From Saprolegnia diclina VS20 (taxonomy: Eukaryota), in contig NW_008246099.1 of NCBI RefSeq assembly GCF_000281045.1, forward strand, positions 368,372 through 432,371: a stretch of DNA of 64,000 nucleotides, written 5' to 3'. The translations under genes were made by a program, and so were the position numbers. Shown here in pieces: positions 1 to 13,001 of the stretch. Each line of letters opens with the position of its first letter. The stretch's first letter is position 1. The notes below the pieces were generated by a model that ran no database searches, had not been told where the DNA came from, and worked only from the letters and a program-made list of their open reading frames with translations.

Positions 1-189
1 GCCAAGAGACACTGGGGCGAAGGGCCGTAAACTGTTGCTTGGGCTGCTCCTCGGGTCCCAGTGCACCACGGCCTGCTCTTTTTATCGCCACTTGCTTGTC
101 TATATTTCATGGCAGGCACACATGTGGGACATGGGCGGTGTCGGAAATGACGTGATACCAACGCGCGGCCTAGGCGCAGGCTCAAGCAT
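1..189 (-). CDS. Possible 5' end of a hypothetical protein running off the left edge
   Basis: ATG at 189 (MLEPAPRPRV), then a GT..AG intron candidate, then an open frame (DKQVAIKRAGRG...) to the window edge. No recognisable domain. Confidence 0.25.
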
Positions 190-531
190 GAGCCTGGAAG
201 GAAGGCAGAGACCGCGGCAGGGCCGGTCGGTGTCGATGGATTTTGGTGTTATGATGTGTTCGAAGACAGTGTTCACGGCTCGCTAGGAGGTAGTCAACGA
301 AGAGCTCTAGTAGTACCTACTGTAGTCGGAGGGGCTAACCATAATGCTTGCCATGGGCCAACAGACCACGCGCTGTTAGTTGCGGGTCGAAGACGCTTCG
401 GCGAACGAGCGCAGGACCAGACCGCGTGTGGGATCTTACGCAACCATCGGCATTTGATTGGCCGTTGCGGCCATGATCACGAAAACATATTTTAGAAAGT
501 GCAAACTGAGTTTCATTTTCAAAGTCGCGCC

Positions 532-1573
532 ATGTCGAACACTTTGACGCTCTGCACGTACAACATCCGCTTCATCTTGGACCGGTGGGACGAACGCCGG
601 CCGTTCCTCGAGGAGGCGCTGACGCGTACGGGCGCCGACGTCTTTGCGCTCCAAGAAGTCAACATTGGCCACTATTAGGGCCAGCACCACGAGCTCCGCG
701 ACCTCCTCTCAACCCAAGACACGGCACTCTCTGCGTTTCCGTCGCCGGGCGCGCGCGTCTACATCCAGGCGATCCCGCTTCTCGGGTACCTCTTTCGCTC
801 GGGCAACCCGCTCGCTGCGGTCTTCTACGACGGCTGCGCGTGGTTCAACAAGCACTGCCTCGGCGCCATCTTGGGTCGCTTCACGCAAGTGATTTACCAT
901 CGCCCTATCCTACGCGCGCTAACCTTTGTGAGCCTTGGCTCGGCGTGGGTCTTTGGCACCGCGCTTCTCGCCAAAGAAGCTCTATCGCCTGCCGCCCACG
1001 ACACGCTCCTCTTGAGCGATTGGAAGGTTGCACAGAGCGTCCAGCTTACGGTTGGCGGCAGCGTCGTGCTTGTTGCCAACGTGCACTTGTCGTCCGGGGA
1101 CGACGAAGAAGGTCTTCGCACCGATCAGATCACAAAGACGATCCAGTGGCTTCTCGCAATGCAGACAGAATCGATCGCCGGGATCGTGATTGTCGGCGAT
1201 TTCAACTGCGTGCCTGACGGCGGCTGCTACCGCACGATCCAAGCGCTTGGCTTCCGCAGCGCGCACCAGCTTCTTCACAGAAAGGAGCCCGAAAAGACAT
1301 TCCATCAGGGGCTCGAAGCCCCGACAAAGGACGTTGGCGACGAGAAGACACTCGACTACGTGTTTGTCTACGGCACGGTGCGGTTCATCTTTGCGCTGGT
1401 GACATCGACTTTACATCGTTTGATAGGTGACGCCGCAGACCATCAATGTGATTGGCTCCGAGTGCTGCAACGGCGATACCACGCTGTACCCGAGCGACCA
1501 TTTTGGCCTCGTGGCCAAGCTTCTCGTCGGCGAATCACCCCGTCCGGTCGAGGTAGCAAACTCCGATTCTTAG
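532..1573 (+). CDS. Endonuclease/exonuclease/phosphatase (EEP) family protein with an in-frame TAG at 676-678
   Basis: EEP motifs TYNI, DVFALQEV, NVHL, IVGDFN, LDYVF and, after an intron at about 1378-1426, YPSDHFGL. TAG follows QEVNIGHY. Confidence 0.8.
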
Positions 1574-2024
1574 TTGTATCACTCGATGTTTTCACATGAC
1601 GAGTCATTTACCATACTGGGCTTTGAGTTTCGAAGTAGTAGTTGGTGGCTTAGGGCAGCAGTTCATTACTGTCGAGTTGCAGCTGGAGGCTTGTCTACTC
1701 ATTCAATCATGGTGCAGCTGTGCCGCCCATACTGTCGCGGATTCTGCCCGTGATCAGAGAAAGCACGTGGCTGCAGTTCTGCTTGCAGTTCAAGTTGAAG
1801 CTCAACGACACCGCCTCCACGAATAGGTCTAGGTGTAGCTTCTTGTAGCGCATCTTGACTTCATTTCGACGCCTCTTGAGCACCTGTCTTCCACCACCCT
1901 CGGTGCGCAGACGAAGCAGGTCTCAACACACACTTCTCGAACTCTACTGAACAAGATGCGCGCACAGTGTTGCCACAGCAAACTGCTCGCGTGAACCTCA
2001 CAGAAACGCAGCGTTGCTTAATCG

Positions 2025-5000
2025 CTACGCTTGTTGTGCGCTCAAAGCTACATCTTCAGTCGGCTCGGTCGCTGCATTGACGAGGACGTGCAGGACGGCG
2101 TCTGCGTCTCGAAGGCACTTGGGCTTTGTCCATTGTGACTCGCCCGTCTTGGTGTTGAAGTAGTAGTACGCATGGATGGCTTCATCGTAAACCTTTTCGT
2201 AGTTGGACTGGGCGAGCGCAAGGGCGTCGCGGCGCGCTTGGCGGAGGCGGAAGACGCCTTGGATGCGGACGGCCGCTGTCTCTTGGCTCACATGTTTGGT
2301 AGTCGTTTTCTGGAGCTGCTCGAGCATACGCGGCGCCGTCCACTGCGACACGCTCGTCTCCTTGTCGTAGTAAAAGTACCTAGTCTAGCATACGGTCCAC
2401 GTCACAACAAGGACTATCCTACCGCTTGGTGTTGGGGTCGTACACCCGCTGGAACCTCTGCAGGAGCTTTGCTTTGCACTGGTCGCGCGCATTCCGACGG
2501 CGAAAGTGGGTTTGCAGCAGCACAGCCGCCTCGTTGGCGTCGGTGATGCAGTACGCACGTCGCCGGTGGGGGCGACTGGCCAACGTAGACTCGGTTGTCG
2601 GCACCTCTGACGGCGTCGTGGCTTGCTCGGGTGAAGATTCCTTTGCATTTTCCAGTGGCGTTGCCGTCGCAACCTAGGCGCAAAAGTGATATGTGCAAGG
2701 TGCAAAGTCAGCGTGACAGACCTTGTCAACCCAGAACGGAGGTTTGGTCCACGACACGGCGTGCGTTTGCTTGTTGTGGTAGAAGAAGGCATTCGACGAC
2801 GGATCCCAGATTTGCTCAATCTGCTCCATGTGTGGACCCATAGTCACGACATAACTTCGCTCGTACCACTCGGTTGGCTCGAACGGCTGCGGCGCGTCGG
2901 GCTTGGCGAGCGCGGTAAATGTTTTGGACTAGCAGCGCGGCCGTGTCGGGCGTCAACACTCTTTTTTTTCGCCGCTTGCGTCGCATTTTTGGCAGCACGA
3001 GCGTGTCGATGCTCTGGGCAGCCTTGGGGACGCTCGAGACGGCGTTGTTGGTCTCTTTGTCGACAAAGTAGTAGCGTTGCGCTGTTGGATCCCAGACTTT
3101 TTGGAAGCGCTCTTGCAGCAGCTGCGCCAAGAGGCGGCGCGCAAGACGACCGCGGTACATGCGCTGCAGCGTCGACGCCGCCTCGTCTTCGGAGAACGGT
3201 GTCTGTCGACGGCGGCGCTTTGACTGGCCAGCATCTCGGAGCCACCTACAACGTCGTTTAAGTATCCAAACCACAGGAAATCGCACCTTGGTTTCGTCCA
3301 CGTCACTTGCTTGGTGCGGGTGTTGTAATAATACGTGTTGCCCGTCGACGGGTCCAGTAGCGCCCGATACAGGCGGCGCACGAGCTGGGCGACCGCCATG
3401 CGACCGAGAACGCCTCGTGTCCAGCGCTGGAGGAGTACGAGAGCGTCATCTTGGGTCGACGGCCGCTTTGCCTTATGAGACACCGTCGTGCCAGGCTGTT
3501 CTCGCTTTCGCTTTCGCTGCAGCGGCAGGTCCCAGCGCGTTGCATTCGTGCACCGGTCGCGGTAGAAGGTCCGGCCCTGGCGGTCCGTGCACTGCTCGAA
3601 CCGCGCGCGCAGCACGGACGCCAGCTTTTTGCGCGATTTCCACCCACGGTAGAGGCCAGCAATGACGCTTGCAGCATCGTCTTCCGTGAGCGGTGGTTTG
3701 ACAAAGGCGTCGTCGGGGTCTCGTATCGGGCAGTCCATGGTGGACGGCAGTAGCGTCGGCCGCACCCACGTCTTGGCGCGGTTGCACGTGTTGTAGTAGA
3801 AGAAGGCGTTGTGACGGATCGAAAAGACGCGCTGGACGCGCTCCAGAAAGAGGCTGTGGAGAAACCGAGTGCCTTGGCGCTGCCGCCACTTGCTCTGAAC
3901 CTTGCGCACGGCTTCGTACTGCGTCATGGGGCCCTCGCGCCGCCCTAAGACGATGCGAGTCGCTTCTTTGCGGACGCGAGGTACCGTGAAACTCGCGGTT
4001 GTGTTTGCAGACACGGCAGAGCTTGAGCTTGGTCAGCGTGATTTGAAACCCCGTGCAAAACCAGCAAAGTCGGCACCTGCGCGCACAAGACATTGCTGTG
4101 TCGTCATTGCCGTTGAAGGGTGAGCCTACCGCGGGTGGAGCCAGGTGTCGAGGTCGACAGCTTCGATGCGCTCGGCTTCGTCTTGGGCGGCTTGGACGTT
4201 TTCGTAGCGCTCGGCCTCGGGCTGTAGTCTACGCACCACGCAAGACCGTGTACAATATGTCATTGAACGTACCGTGGCACAACCTTGTCGGCCGACGTGA
4301 GTCGCATCTCGGTCGGAAGACGACTCATGTCGAGCTTGGGCACTTCGAGGCGCTTGGTCTGCCACAGCAAGTGGCGCGTCGGCGCTTCGTACAGCACCTC
4401 GTCGACAGGCAGCGTGCAGAAGATCGTAAACGAGGCCCCGCACGCCACTAGAGAAGACGGTGAACTTGGTGGTTACCAGAGACGACGCACGCGACGCTAT
4501 CCGGCCTCGGGGTCGGTGCTTTGCAGAGAGGAGGTGCGGGAGCGGGCTAAAGGCGTCTTTGCTGCCCCACGTGTACAAATGGCCTTGCACGGTCAGCGCG
4601 GCCATGTGCTGCAAGCCACATGCAATCATTCGCACGCTCTCTCGCGGGTCGCCCGGTGACTTCATGGGTGGCAGCGGCACCATTTGGGGGCTCTGCGCGA
4701 CTTGGTTGCTGCCGAGTCCCAGCTAGGCGCGCTCCATGAGACGCCATGTTTCTGCAACTCCAGCACGTACTTGGCCGTACACGCCCGTGCCCCAAGTAAA
4801 CACCTAGTACGAGTCGTGATGCCGCAACGCTTCGATTTGTACCGTGCCAGCGTTCAGTGCAGGGCTCTCAGCCAAAATGGCCGCCGACTGCCACGCACTA
4901 CACGCCACTGCGATCGCACAGTGGAACGGCGGCGAGAGACCTTCAATGCGCCTCGGCTCGGTGACGCGGGCGTCGCTGCTGATTAGCCCGAGGCGGCCTA

Positions 5001-6371
5001 CCAAAGCCGTGAGCTCAAAGATGCACAGTGGCGAGACCTCCGTCGCTGCAGCCCCACGCGTACATGTCGCCCGTGTCGGTCGCAACGAGCGAGTGCATGG
5101 CGCCGCAAGCAACCTTGCGCACGTTTTTGTCCTCGAGCGCTGCGATCCGCTGTGGGGTGGACACCATCGCACTCGCTACGACGGATCTCAACCATAGAAC
5201 GGCCAACGCGGTGATGCGGTACCTCCCAGCCCCAGCTGCCCATGGGCGTTGCCACCCCACGCAAACACGACCCCGTTCTGCTCCTTGACATTGTCGCATG
5301 CCGCGAGCGAGTGTTGGGTGCCGACGCCGATCGAGACAGTCGTGTACGTCTCGGTGACGCCGACAATGAACGGCCGCTGGCGCGCGCGCACGGCGTGGTC
5401 GAGGCCGAGCTGGCCGTACGGGTTGTTGCCCCACATGTACATCTCGCCCGTCGACGCGAGTGCCGCCGCATGCGTGTGGCCGACGCAGAGTGATTGGATG
5501 TGGCCCATGCGGAGCGTCTGCATCGGAACGGGCGTCACGAGCCACTGCGCTGCGTACGGGTCGGTGAAGACGTCTTGGTCCCGCAGTGTGCTGCAGAGAC
5601 CGACTTGGGCGGCCAAGCCCGACGTTTTGCAGAGCCAGACCATGCCCTTGGCCGTGTCAATGGCGTACACGGCCTCCGACTCAAAGTTCTAGACGGCAAT
5701 AGCGTGAGAGTATACGTAAAAGGAGAGGACGTACCGCTGCGACAGTTGATATGCTGCGACCACTGAGCGGTCGTAAGATGGTGGGCCGACTCTCGGGTGT
5801 TGCTGCCAGCACGTACACGCCGCCTTGGGCTGGCAAGATCGTTGGTGAAATGACATTATGAGAATGGGACGGTACCCTGGAGCCTCTTGTCGTTGGCTCG
5901 CGTGGCCGCTTCGAGTGCCACGTCGCGGACGTGCATGCGCAAGTCGATCCAGTGCTGGATCGACTGGATGAGCTGGCCCTTCTTGCCCGTGAACCCCGGA
6001 ATCTCGAGCCGGAGCGCCAGGTCTTCGAGCTCGGTGCGCTTGAGTGCGTGCAGGTCAACCTGTTGCCAATGCGTTCGGTCGAAGAGCACGTGGTGCGCTT
6101 TGACGCGCGTCATGGCCATGCGCACGCGATAGCGGTTCTCAATGTGGCGGCACCGAGCCGCGTAGCTGCGGAAGAGCCGCTGGATCATGCGCGCCGCGAC
6201 GTCTTGCTTCTTGGCGCGCATTCGCAGCCCCCATGTGAAGCGGCCTTTCTGCAGCGGGTGCTTTGCCTTCTTCTTGGTCTTGTTGCCCTTGGCTGGTAGC
6301 TTGGCCGCCGCCTGTGGTGGCGACGGTGGCGGCAACGGCGCAGCGCTGCGAGGCTTGGGCAGCGGCCCCAT
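2025..6371 (-). CDS. Large multi-exon protein: IQ + SAP/HeH-like + RCC1 repeats + Cys/His finger + tandem IQ-WW modules
   Basis: RCC1 repeats (CVGHTHAAAL..MYMWGNNPYGQLG, VACGAMHSL, IACGLQHMAAL). IQ motifs (IQRLFRSY, LQRMYRGRLARR, IQGVFRLRQARR). WW-like units (YYYNTRTKQVTWTKP, YYYFNTKTGESQWTKP). Introns 4077-4129 and 3945-3984 join the two halves in frame. Confidence 0.75.
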
Positions 6372-6709
6372 GCCTTTTGAACGTTTCGTTGGCGCCGATC
6401 CGCCGTTTTGAAAAGGCAGACGAATCGTCGCAGCGCGTAGTCCTATGGTACCGGTACCTACGAGCCCACCAACGTCCACGATGGTCCAGTCCTATGTGCA
6501 TGCTGGTGAACCCTTATAACGCTTCGCGCCAGAGCTGGTATCGGTGGCCAGCCACAGGACTGCGCGTCTGTCACTAGGGTATTATTATTTACGGGACTAT
6601 CCAGAGGGCTGTGACCTATCCTGAGACTAAACCTACCCCGCGCAATAGCGATTCCAAACAGAAAAGATCCGAAGACAGTATCTGTTGTAGAGTTGCAGAA
6701 GGAGGATAT

Positions 6710-9684
6710 CTAGAAGACGCCGACAAACCAGCGCTGGTACTTGTCGTACCAACGCGTGCGCCAGTTGTCGAGCGACGTGTCAATGAGCTGGTGCACAAAG
6801 TCTTCGCACTCGCTGACGCTGAGCTCGGGCCGGAAGCGCTCGGCGAGCGCGTCGATCGTGCCCCGTGGGTCGCCGGCAAAGCACGGCAGGTCTTCGTTGC
6901 CGGCAATCATCATCTCGGCGAGGAGCGTGATGCGGTACCGGTACTTGCGCGCGACCAAGAACGAGCGCACGCAGAGCGACCGGAACCGCCGAAACGCCGC
7001 CGAGCGCGGGCCGCCCATGAGTTCGACAAAGTCCCCCGTGAGCTTGAAGGGCGCCGACTCAAAGTGCACTTGTCCCGGGTTGTTGCCGAGCATAAAGCCA
7101 AAGTCAATGTGAATGAGGTGGCCCTCGGCGTCCAAGAGGATGTTGCCGTTGTGCCGGTCCTTGATCTGCAGGAGGTAGCATACGATCGAGTACGCGGCGA
7201 CCGACTCGACAAACGCCTTTTGCGCGGCCTGGCCCGACGACGTCGTCACGTCGCCAAACCGCGTCTCAAAGAAGTCGGAAAGCGACACAAAGTTGGGGTG
7301 GTTGCGCTTGAGCGAGTCGAGCGAGATCGTGTCGGCGATGGCCTCGACGAGCCCGGCGGTCGAGGACGTCGCGAGCACATCGTACGGCCGCAAAAACACT
7401 GGCAACTTGGCCTCCTGAAACACTTGGTGGAACTGCCGGATGAGCTGCGACGCAAACTGCTCCTGGCGCAAATCGTCGTTGGCCTTGACGATCACGGGCA
7501 AAAGCCGCCACGTCGGGAGGTGCCCCCACGGCGAGAGCGCGCGGAGCCGAGCCTCTTTCTCTTCCCAGCGTTCCTTGAAGATGACGCACGGCAGCTCGCC
7601 GTTCGAGTGCGGTGGCAGCGAGTACGTCGCTGGCTTGTCCGCCAGTAGCAGCTGGTCGTCTTCAAAGCGCGACGTGGCCAGGTACCGGTCCGTGCTGTCG
7701 ACGCGCCGCAGTCGCTGAGTGGCGTGGTCGGGCGACAAGCCGTCCTCGGAATTTGTCGGCGACGTCACGTCCGTGTCCGTGTCGATGGTGACGATCGGCA
7801 CTTGGATTGGCGCCGGGCGCGACGTGGTGCGCGGCGAAAACTGCGGCGGGTACGGGTAGTCGTAGCTCGACGTGCGCTGCGGCGACGTCGGGTGCAATGG
7901 CTCCAAATGCGCGCTCACGGACCGCGACGACGTAGGGCGCGTCTTGGTCAGAGGGGTCGGCGGCTTGGGCTTGAGCGTATCGAGGAGCCCGTCCAAGAGC
8001 GTCGTCTCGGGCACCGCCGCCTCGCTCCAAAAGCCGAGCTTGCCCGGGTCCTGCGCCTTGTTGTTGTCGCAAGGCGTCGGTGGCTTGCTTGCGGCGCCGC
8101 CGATCGAGAGGCGGAAGCGGTGCTTGAACTGCGCAAAGCGGTCGACGGGCTTGGTCGCGTACGAGAAATAGTCGACGACTTCGAGGCAGAGCAGGTACGG
8201 TACGCGTTCCTACGCGTATGAACCCTGAGTGTACGACGATGGCGACCGAGCAGCGTACCCGTGTGCTAAAGGTAAAGCTCTCCGAGATATGAATGCGCTT
8301 GATGCGGTGAAAGGGATTGCCGACGGGCACGAAGAGCGAGAGGCTCGGGAGGTAGAGCGACTGGAGCTCCGAGAGCCACTCGCGGAGCTGATCGTTGCGG
8401 AAGACGCGGGGAATCGCGCGAAGGCTCGACGAGAGGCCGGCGAGGCGGTTGATGAACATGGCGTTGAGCTCGAACGGGTTGGTCTGCGTCGCCGCATAGT
8501 CGCCGGCCTCCATCGAGGATAAATACGCCCGCGGTGAGAGCGACGGGAACGTCTGGTAGTGCGTCTCGTCGGCCGAGTGCACGAGGAGCGCTTCGTCCTC
8601 GGTGGTTTCGCCCCGCTCGAGCGTCGGCGAGATCGGCTCGGGCGCCTCGCCAAAGCCCTGGCGGACGAGAAGTCGCTCCGAGGCCTCAAGGCCGCGCACC
8701 GAGATCTCGTCGATGAGCATCTGCACGCGCAGGCGCTTCTCGGGCGTCGCGTACGCGGGGCTGCCGACGCAGAAGGACTCGAGGTACCAGCGCATCTTTT
8801 GAGCAAACACGTGCGACCTACATACGCATCATGACAACCATACATCTTTGGCGGTCGTGATCCTACTTGTTGCACTTGTCGAGGAGGATGAGGCTAATGT
8901 CGCCGTCGGTCGCTTGCTGAAAGGCGCCGAGGAGGAGGAAGCTGCACAGCTGCGGGATGTAAAACTCAAAATCCTTTGGGTCCTCGTCGGCCACGGCTTC
9001 GAGCCGAGCGGCCGCGTCGTCCTTATGCGCGTACACGCGCAGGATCGCGTCAAAGGTCGGGTCGGTCCGGAAGCGAAACTTGGCCATAAGCGACGTCCAC
9101 TTGGCCTGCCAGTTGGCGAGCTCAATCTTCATGCGCAGCGTGAGGATGCCCTTCTCGAGCATCGAGTGCGAGTGCGAGAGCTTGGGCATGCCGGCCTTCT
9201 CGCGCAGAAGCGCCTCGATCTTCTCTTCCTCGGCGTTGCCGCGCCGCTCGCGGTCGCGGTTGCGGCCAATGACGCACAGCACTTCAAAGCTCGTCGCGAG
9301 AAGCGAGAGGCCGACGACTGTCCACCAGTACGTTGCGTGCCATGCGTCTTGGTGGTACACGCGAAAGCTCATGCTGTCGTTGACAAAGATCTCGACGAGG
9401 ACGCCGAGTAGCGCGAGCACGCAGAGCTGGGCGCAAACGACGAGGAAGACAAAGAGGCGCGTCGAGCGGTACAGCGACTTGCGCGTGACGTAGACAACGT
9501 AGACGAAGAGGATCGTGCGCAAGGCCGCGAGCACGACGACGCTGGCGAGGCTCTGCTTGAAGTCGAGCGCGTTCGCCCAGTCGTGGGCCAGCACCTCGCT
9601 GCGCCCCGTGAGCGTCGGCGCGGCCACGTAGAGCCCGGCGAGGGCGAGCTCGAGGAAGAGGCCGCAGGCAGTCGACGCGAGCAT
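6710..9684 (-). CDS. Phosphatidylinositol 4-kinase (PI4K III beta-like) with N-terminal four-TM segment
   Basis: Kinase motifs VIVKANDDLRQE, YLLQIKDRHNGNILL, HIDFGF, FESAPFKLT. Helical-domain motif FEFYIPQLC. Two introns near 8810-8866 and 8211-8260. Four hydrophobic helices at the N-terminus. Confidence 0.9.
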
Positions 9685-10606
9685 GCGAATGGGCGGTTAA
9701 TGCGCCAACCAGCAACCCGATGAATCCAAGATTCCGGCACTCCCGCAGCGATAAAGTGGAGGAATTGTACTTGCTGTTTGTATACCTGCGTCATTTTATT
9801 TTTCTGCACTGCGGCTACCCTATGCACTGTTCGAGTGATATCCCAATCCTCTATGCATGCATACCTCCAACATCGGATATATCCATAATACGATCCAGCC
9901 TCAAAAGACGCATGATAAAACCTTTAGGAATACATATCGAAACACAAGCGATACTTGAAGCCATGCCAGAGTCGTGCTGGCGGCTTCAACGGCGGCTGCG
10001 TGAGAAAGGTGCGTTGGGGTTGTGGCGCCCTCTTGGGTGTGCTGCTTGCGCCGTCGCCCAGCGAGTAGTATCTGCTTGCGTTAATCTGGGAGAGTATCCC
10101 GGTGGTTTCTTGCTTCAGTTCTGCAATCGTCGGCCACCCGAGTGGCCTTGGTGCATAAATACACAGCGGCTAGTAACCCGAGCCCTGGGAACGAAACACC
10201 TGCGACCCGATCAAGATGTTCGCCGTACAGTGTTAACTGTAAATACAGCGTCGTGGCCAAGCACTGGATCGCACCAGGCGGGATCGCGATTTCCAACGAC
10301 GTTGCCGCTGACGCTAGCTTGAATAGAATTGCAGCTGCAGAGGACCCGTTGGTAAAGAAGAAGGACGCAGCTGCGCGATAGGAACGCGACAGCCCATGAA
10401 GAGATCGTCACAGTCCTTGGCCACAAGAACCTTCAGGTTACGGTACTTGAGCCAGCGCTGCTGGTTCACTCTGCCTTGCATTCTCACGCGGCCCTCTTTT
10501 GTGTGGACTGCTACATTGCTCTCACGGTTCACGACGACTCCTTCTTTCTCAATGAAAGCTCATGCAATTCATACATATGACGGAACTAAAGTCGATCCGT
10601 GATTGA

Positions 10607-11440
10607 CTAGACGAGGCGCGTGGGCATGCGTCCAGACGCGACCTTGCTGCGCTGCTTGTCCAGCGTGGCCTGCAAGTTGCTCGTCGCCTTGGCGTTCGAC
10701 TTGCGCTCACTCTTCTTGCCTTGCTGCATGTGCACAGCGGCAAAGAAGCACGACGTCGCGTACGACACGGTCGCAGCGACCTCCATGTAGTACGACGCAC
10801 CGAGGCGCAAGCGCTGGCCCGACGGCGCTTGGCCGTTCCAAACGATGAACGCGATCGCGGCCCAGATCGTCGCGAGGCCGGTCATCATGGCGGCAAAACC
10901 CACGATGCACGACTCGTTGCGCGCGCAGCAGACGCCGGCGAGAAGGAGGCAGAAGGCAAAGGCCCCAAAGATGGGGCTCAGCATCGCGAACGCGAGTGAC
11001 GCCTTGCCCTTGGCGCTGCACGTGTTGGTCAAGAAGGCATCGAACGTCGCTTCGTCAATGTCGAGCACAGTCGAGAGAAGGCGCTTTTTAGAGCCGCCGT
11101 CTTGGGCGAACGTCGCACACGCACCTTGGTTGGGCAGCACGATGGTCGAGTTGGCATCCGACGCGTTCAAGTCCACACGGACATTGCGGCTGCTGCTGTA
11201 GTAGAGGTAGCACTGCCCCGTCGTCTGCACGTTTTCATCGAGACCATGCGATCCGGACTGGAGGAACGAGACGTCGGTGCAGTAGCCCCACACGCCGGCC
11301 GTGAACGTCGCCGACGTCATTTGGCCATTGTTCGAGTACGCGAGGAGAGACCAGAGCGGGAGGCCCGCGGCGAAGGCTGAGAGCACGACGGCAGCGGCGC
11401 TGGCCGCGACGCTAAGCATTCCGACGCAGGAGCATGGCAT
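10607..11440 (-). CDS. Claudin/SUR7/PalI-like four-TM membrane protein
   Basis: TM1 followed by the W..GVWGYC..C claudin-superfamily signature, three further TM helices and a basic C-tail. Intronless ORF. Confidence 0.65.
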   Translation of the reverse strand: MPCSCVGMLSVAASAAAVVLSAFAAGLPLWSLLAYSNNGQMTSATFTAGVWGYCTDVSFLQSGSHGLDENVQTTGQCYLYYSSSRNVRVDLNASDANSTIVLPNQGACATFAQDGGSKKRLLSTVLDIDEATFDAFLTNTCSAKGKASLAFAMLSPIFGAFAFCLLLAGVCCARNESCIVGFAAMMTGLATIWAAIAFIVWNGQAPSGQRLRLGASYYMEVAATVSYATSCFFAAVHMQQGKKSERKSNAKATSNLQATLDKQRSKVASGRMPTRLV

Positions 11441-11682
11441 GGTCAAGCGTTGCTGGCCGGAGGCAATTTCACAACTGCCGTGCAACAGCTCATTTTTGTC
11501 CGGATAAAATGACGTGTAACTGCTGCGGCCCTCCGCGCCGCAATTTTTTTATTTATTCTCCATACAAATAGAATATAGACATGCGGCAAAAATGTATTAA
11601 AATACGTATGTTTTTCAAAACATACAGCGACCAAGTGATTACGAGCCGATAAATTCTATTGCGCAAAACCGTCCTTGCCTCG

Positions 11683-13001
11683 ATGTCGGACGACGTCTCG
11701 ATCCTCGTCCTCCTCGACGAGTGCGAAGATGCGGTCGCGCATGTGACCGCGATGTGGGGCATGGAAATGGACGAGGAAGCGCCATGGCATGCGGCGGAAG
11801 CCATCGCCGCCGAGTGCTGGGCGACTGTTCATGCGCTCTGCAGCGCCGACGCCACGGCCTGGTGTATGGACGACAAGCCATGGTATACCGCAATACATGT
11901 GGGCAGGCGTGTCATAGACGTTGCAACTAGCAACGAGGCTGTTCCTGTGGTAGAGGCCATCCTCATCGCTACCGACGACGAGAGTAGCGAGATGCCGATC
12001 AAGAAAGCGACGCTTGAAGACGACCTGCTCGACCTGGAGATGGAGCTGTCGCTAGCCATGGCCCAGATCCAGACGGTGGACGTGGAGGCAATCAAACCAT
12101 CCGCACCAAGGGCTGAGCCAACGCCACAACGAGCGTTGCCGACTGCCAAGAAGAAGAAGAAGCGACGCCGCCAGCGCTCGAACGAGACGCCGCAAAGCGT
12201 TTGGCATGGATACCAAAAGCTCACGCTGCAGTCCCACGTCGAGCGACAAGCCAAGGCCAGAGCCCAGCGCGAGGTGAGTTTGCACATCGAGCTACTCCGT
12301 GGTGGCATCTAAGGTCGTCATTTTGGCTGTAGGCGCTCGAACTTGAAGTCGCATCCGCGGTGCAGACACGACTCCAAACCACACGCGAGGTGTGGGCATC
12401 GTGCTCACAGACACTTAGACTCACCGAACTTAGCGCATGTCTCCTCCGCGAGTCGAGTTGCCGGCAGCGCGCCCACCAAAGAGCTACTTGACCACATACT
12501 ACATCGAGGGACCCCGCTGCCCATTGTCGTCTCCAGTGGCAGCACCAATCAACGATGCTGGACCGCGCGACGTCCTCGTGTCTGTCTACCGCAATGACGA
12601 CCGACGCACCATGACGCGCATTCTGGCTTCGTCCTGGGCGGATTTGGGTGCCAAAATCGCCTACAAACTCAACGTAGCCAACCTTGAGTTCTTCTGTCAG
12701 TTGCACGCTGACGCTGCTGTACTAGATGCCGTCCGTATGCAGTCTCTTGCGAGAAACGGCGCGCATCAGCCCCAACGGCGACTACACCAAGCTCTCGCCA
12801 GTCTCGCGGTTTGAGCAGCTTCGACGCGGTGACATTCTTTGTGCCATTCACAAACAGTCATCGGAGCCGAAAACGCGCATGGCACCGCCGCCTCGTGTGA
12901 CCACGCCCAAGGCACCGCTTCGCACCATACGCGGACGCCCGCTCTGGGACAAGCACGGACGCCGGTTGGACGTCGCCATGTCGTTACATACATTAAGTTA
13001 G
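11683..13001 (+). CDS. Hypothetical multi-exon protein with possible C-terminal KHA/ubiquitin-like domain
   Basis: ORFs 11683-12312, 12437-12814 and 12726-13001 can be linked by short GT-AG introns. VSVYRND...SWADLGAKIAYKLN...FEQLRRGDILCAI resembles a KHA/DCX-type fold. Confidence 0.5.

Noticed and set aside
676..678. Stop-codon reassignment (TAG as sense)
   Set aside because: TAG terminates many genes in this window (e.g. 1573, 15405, 39349, 49673), so the genetic code appears standard.
1600..2020. Possible extra 3' exons of the IQ-WW gene
   Set aside because: No IQ/WW similarity or convincing splice path past the TAG at 2025.
6611..7648. 345-aa plus-strand ORF (similarly 16066-17571, 38624-39709, 44957-45763, 60303-61529)
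   Set aside because: Antisense shadows of real genes caused by GC-rich codon bias. They show no motifs of their own.
9720..10600. 200-aa ORF and neighbouring small ORFs upstream of PI4K
   Set aside because: They lack the codon bias of real genes and have no recognisable motif. Treated as intergenic or decayed sequence.
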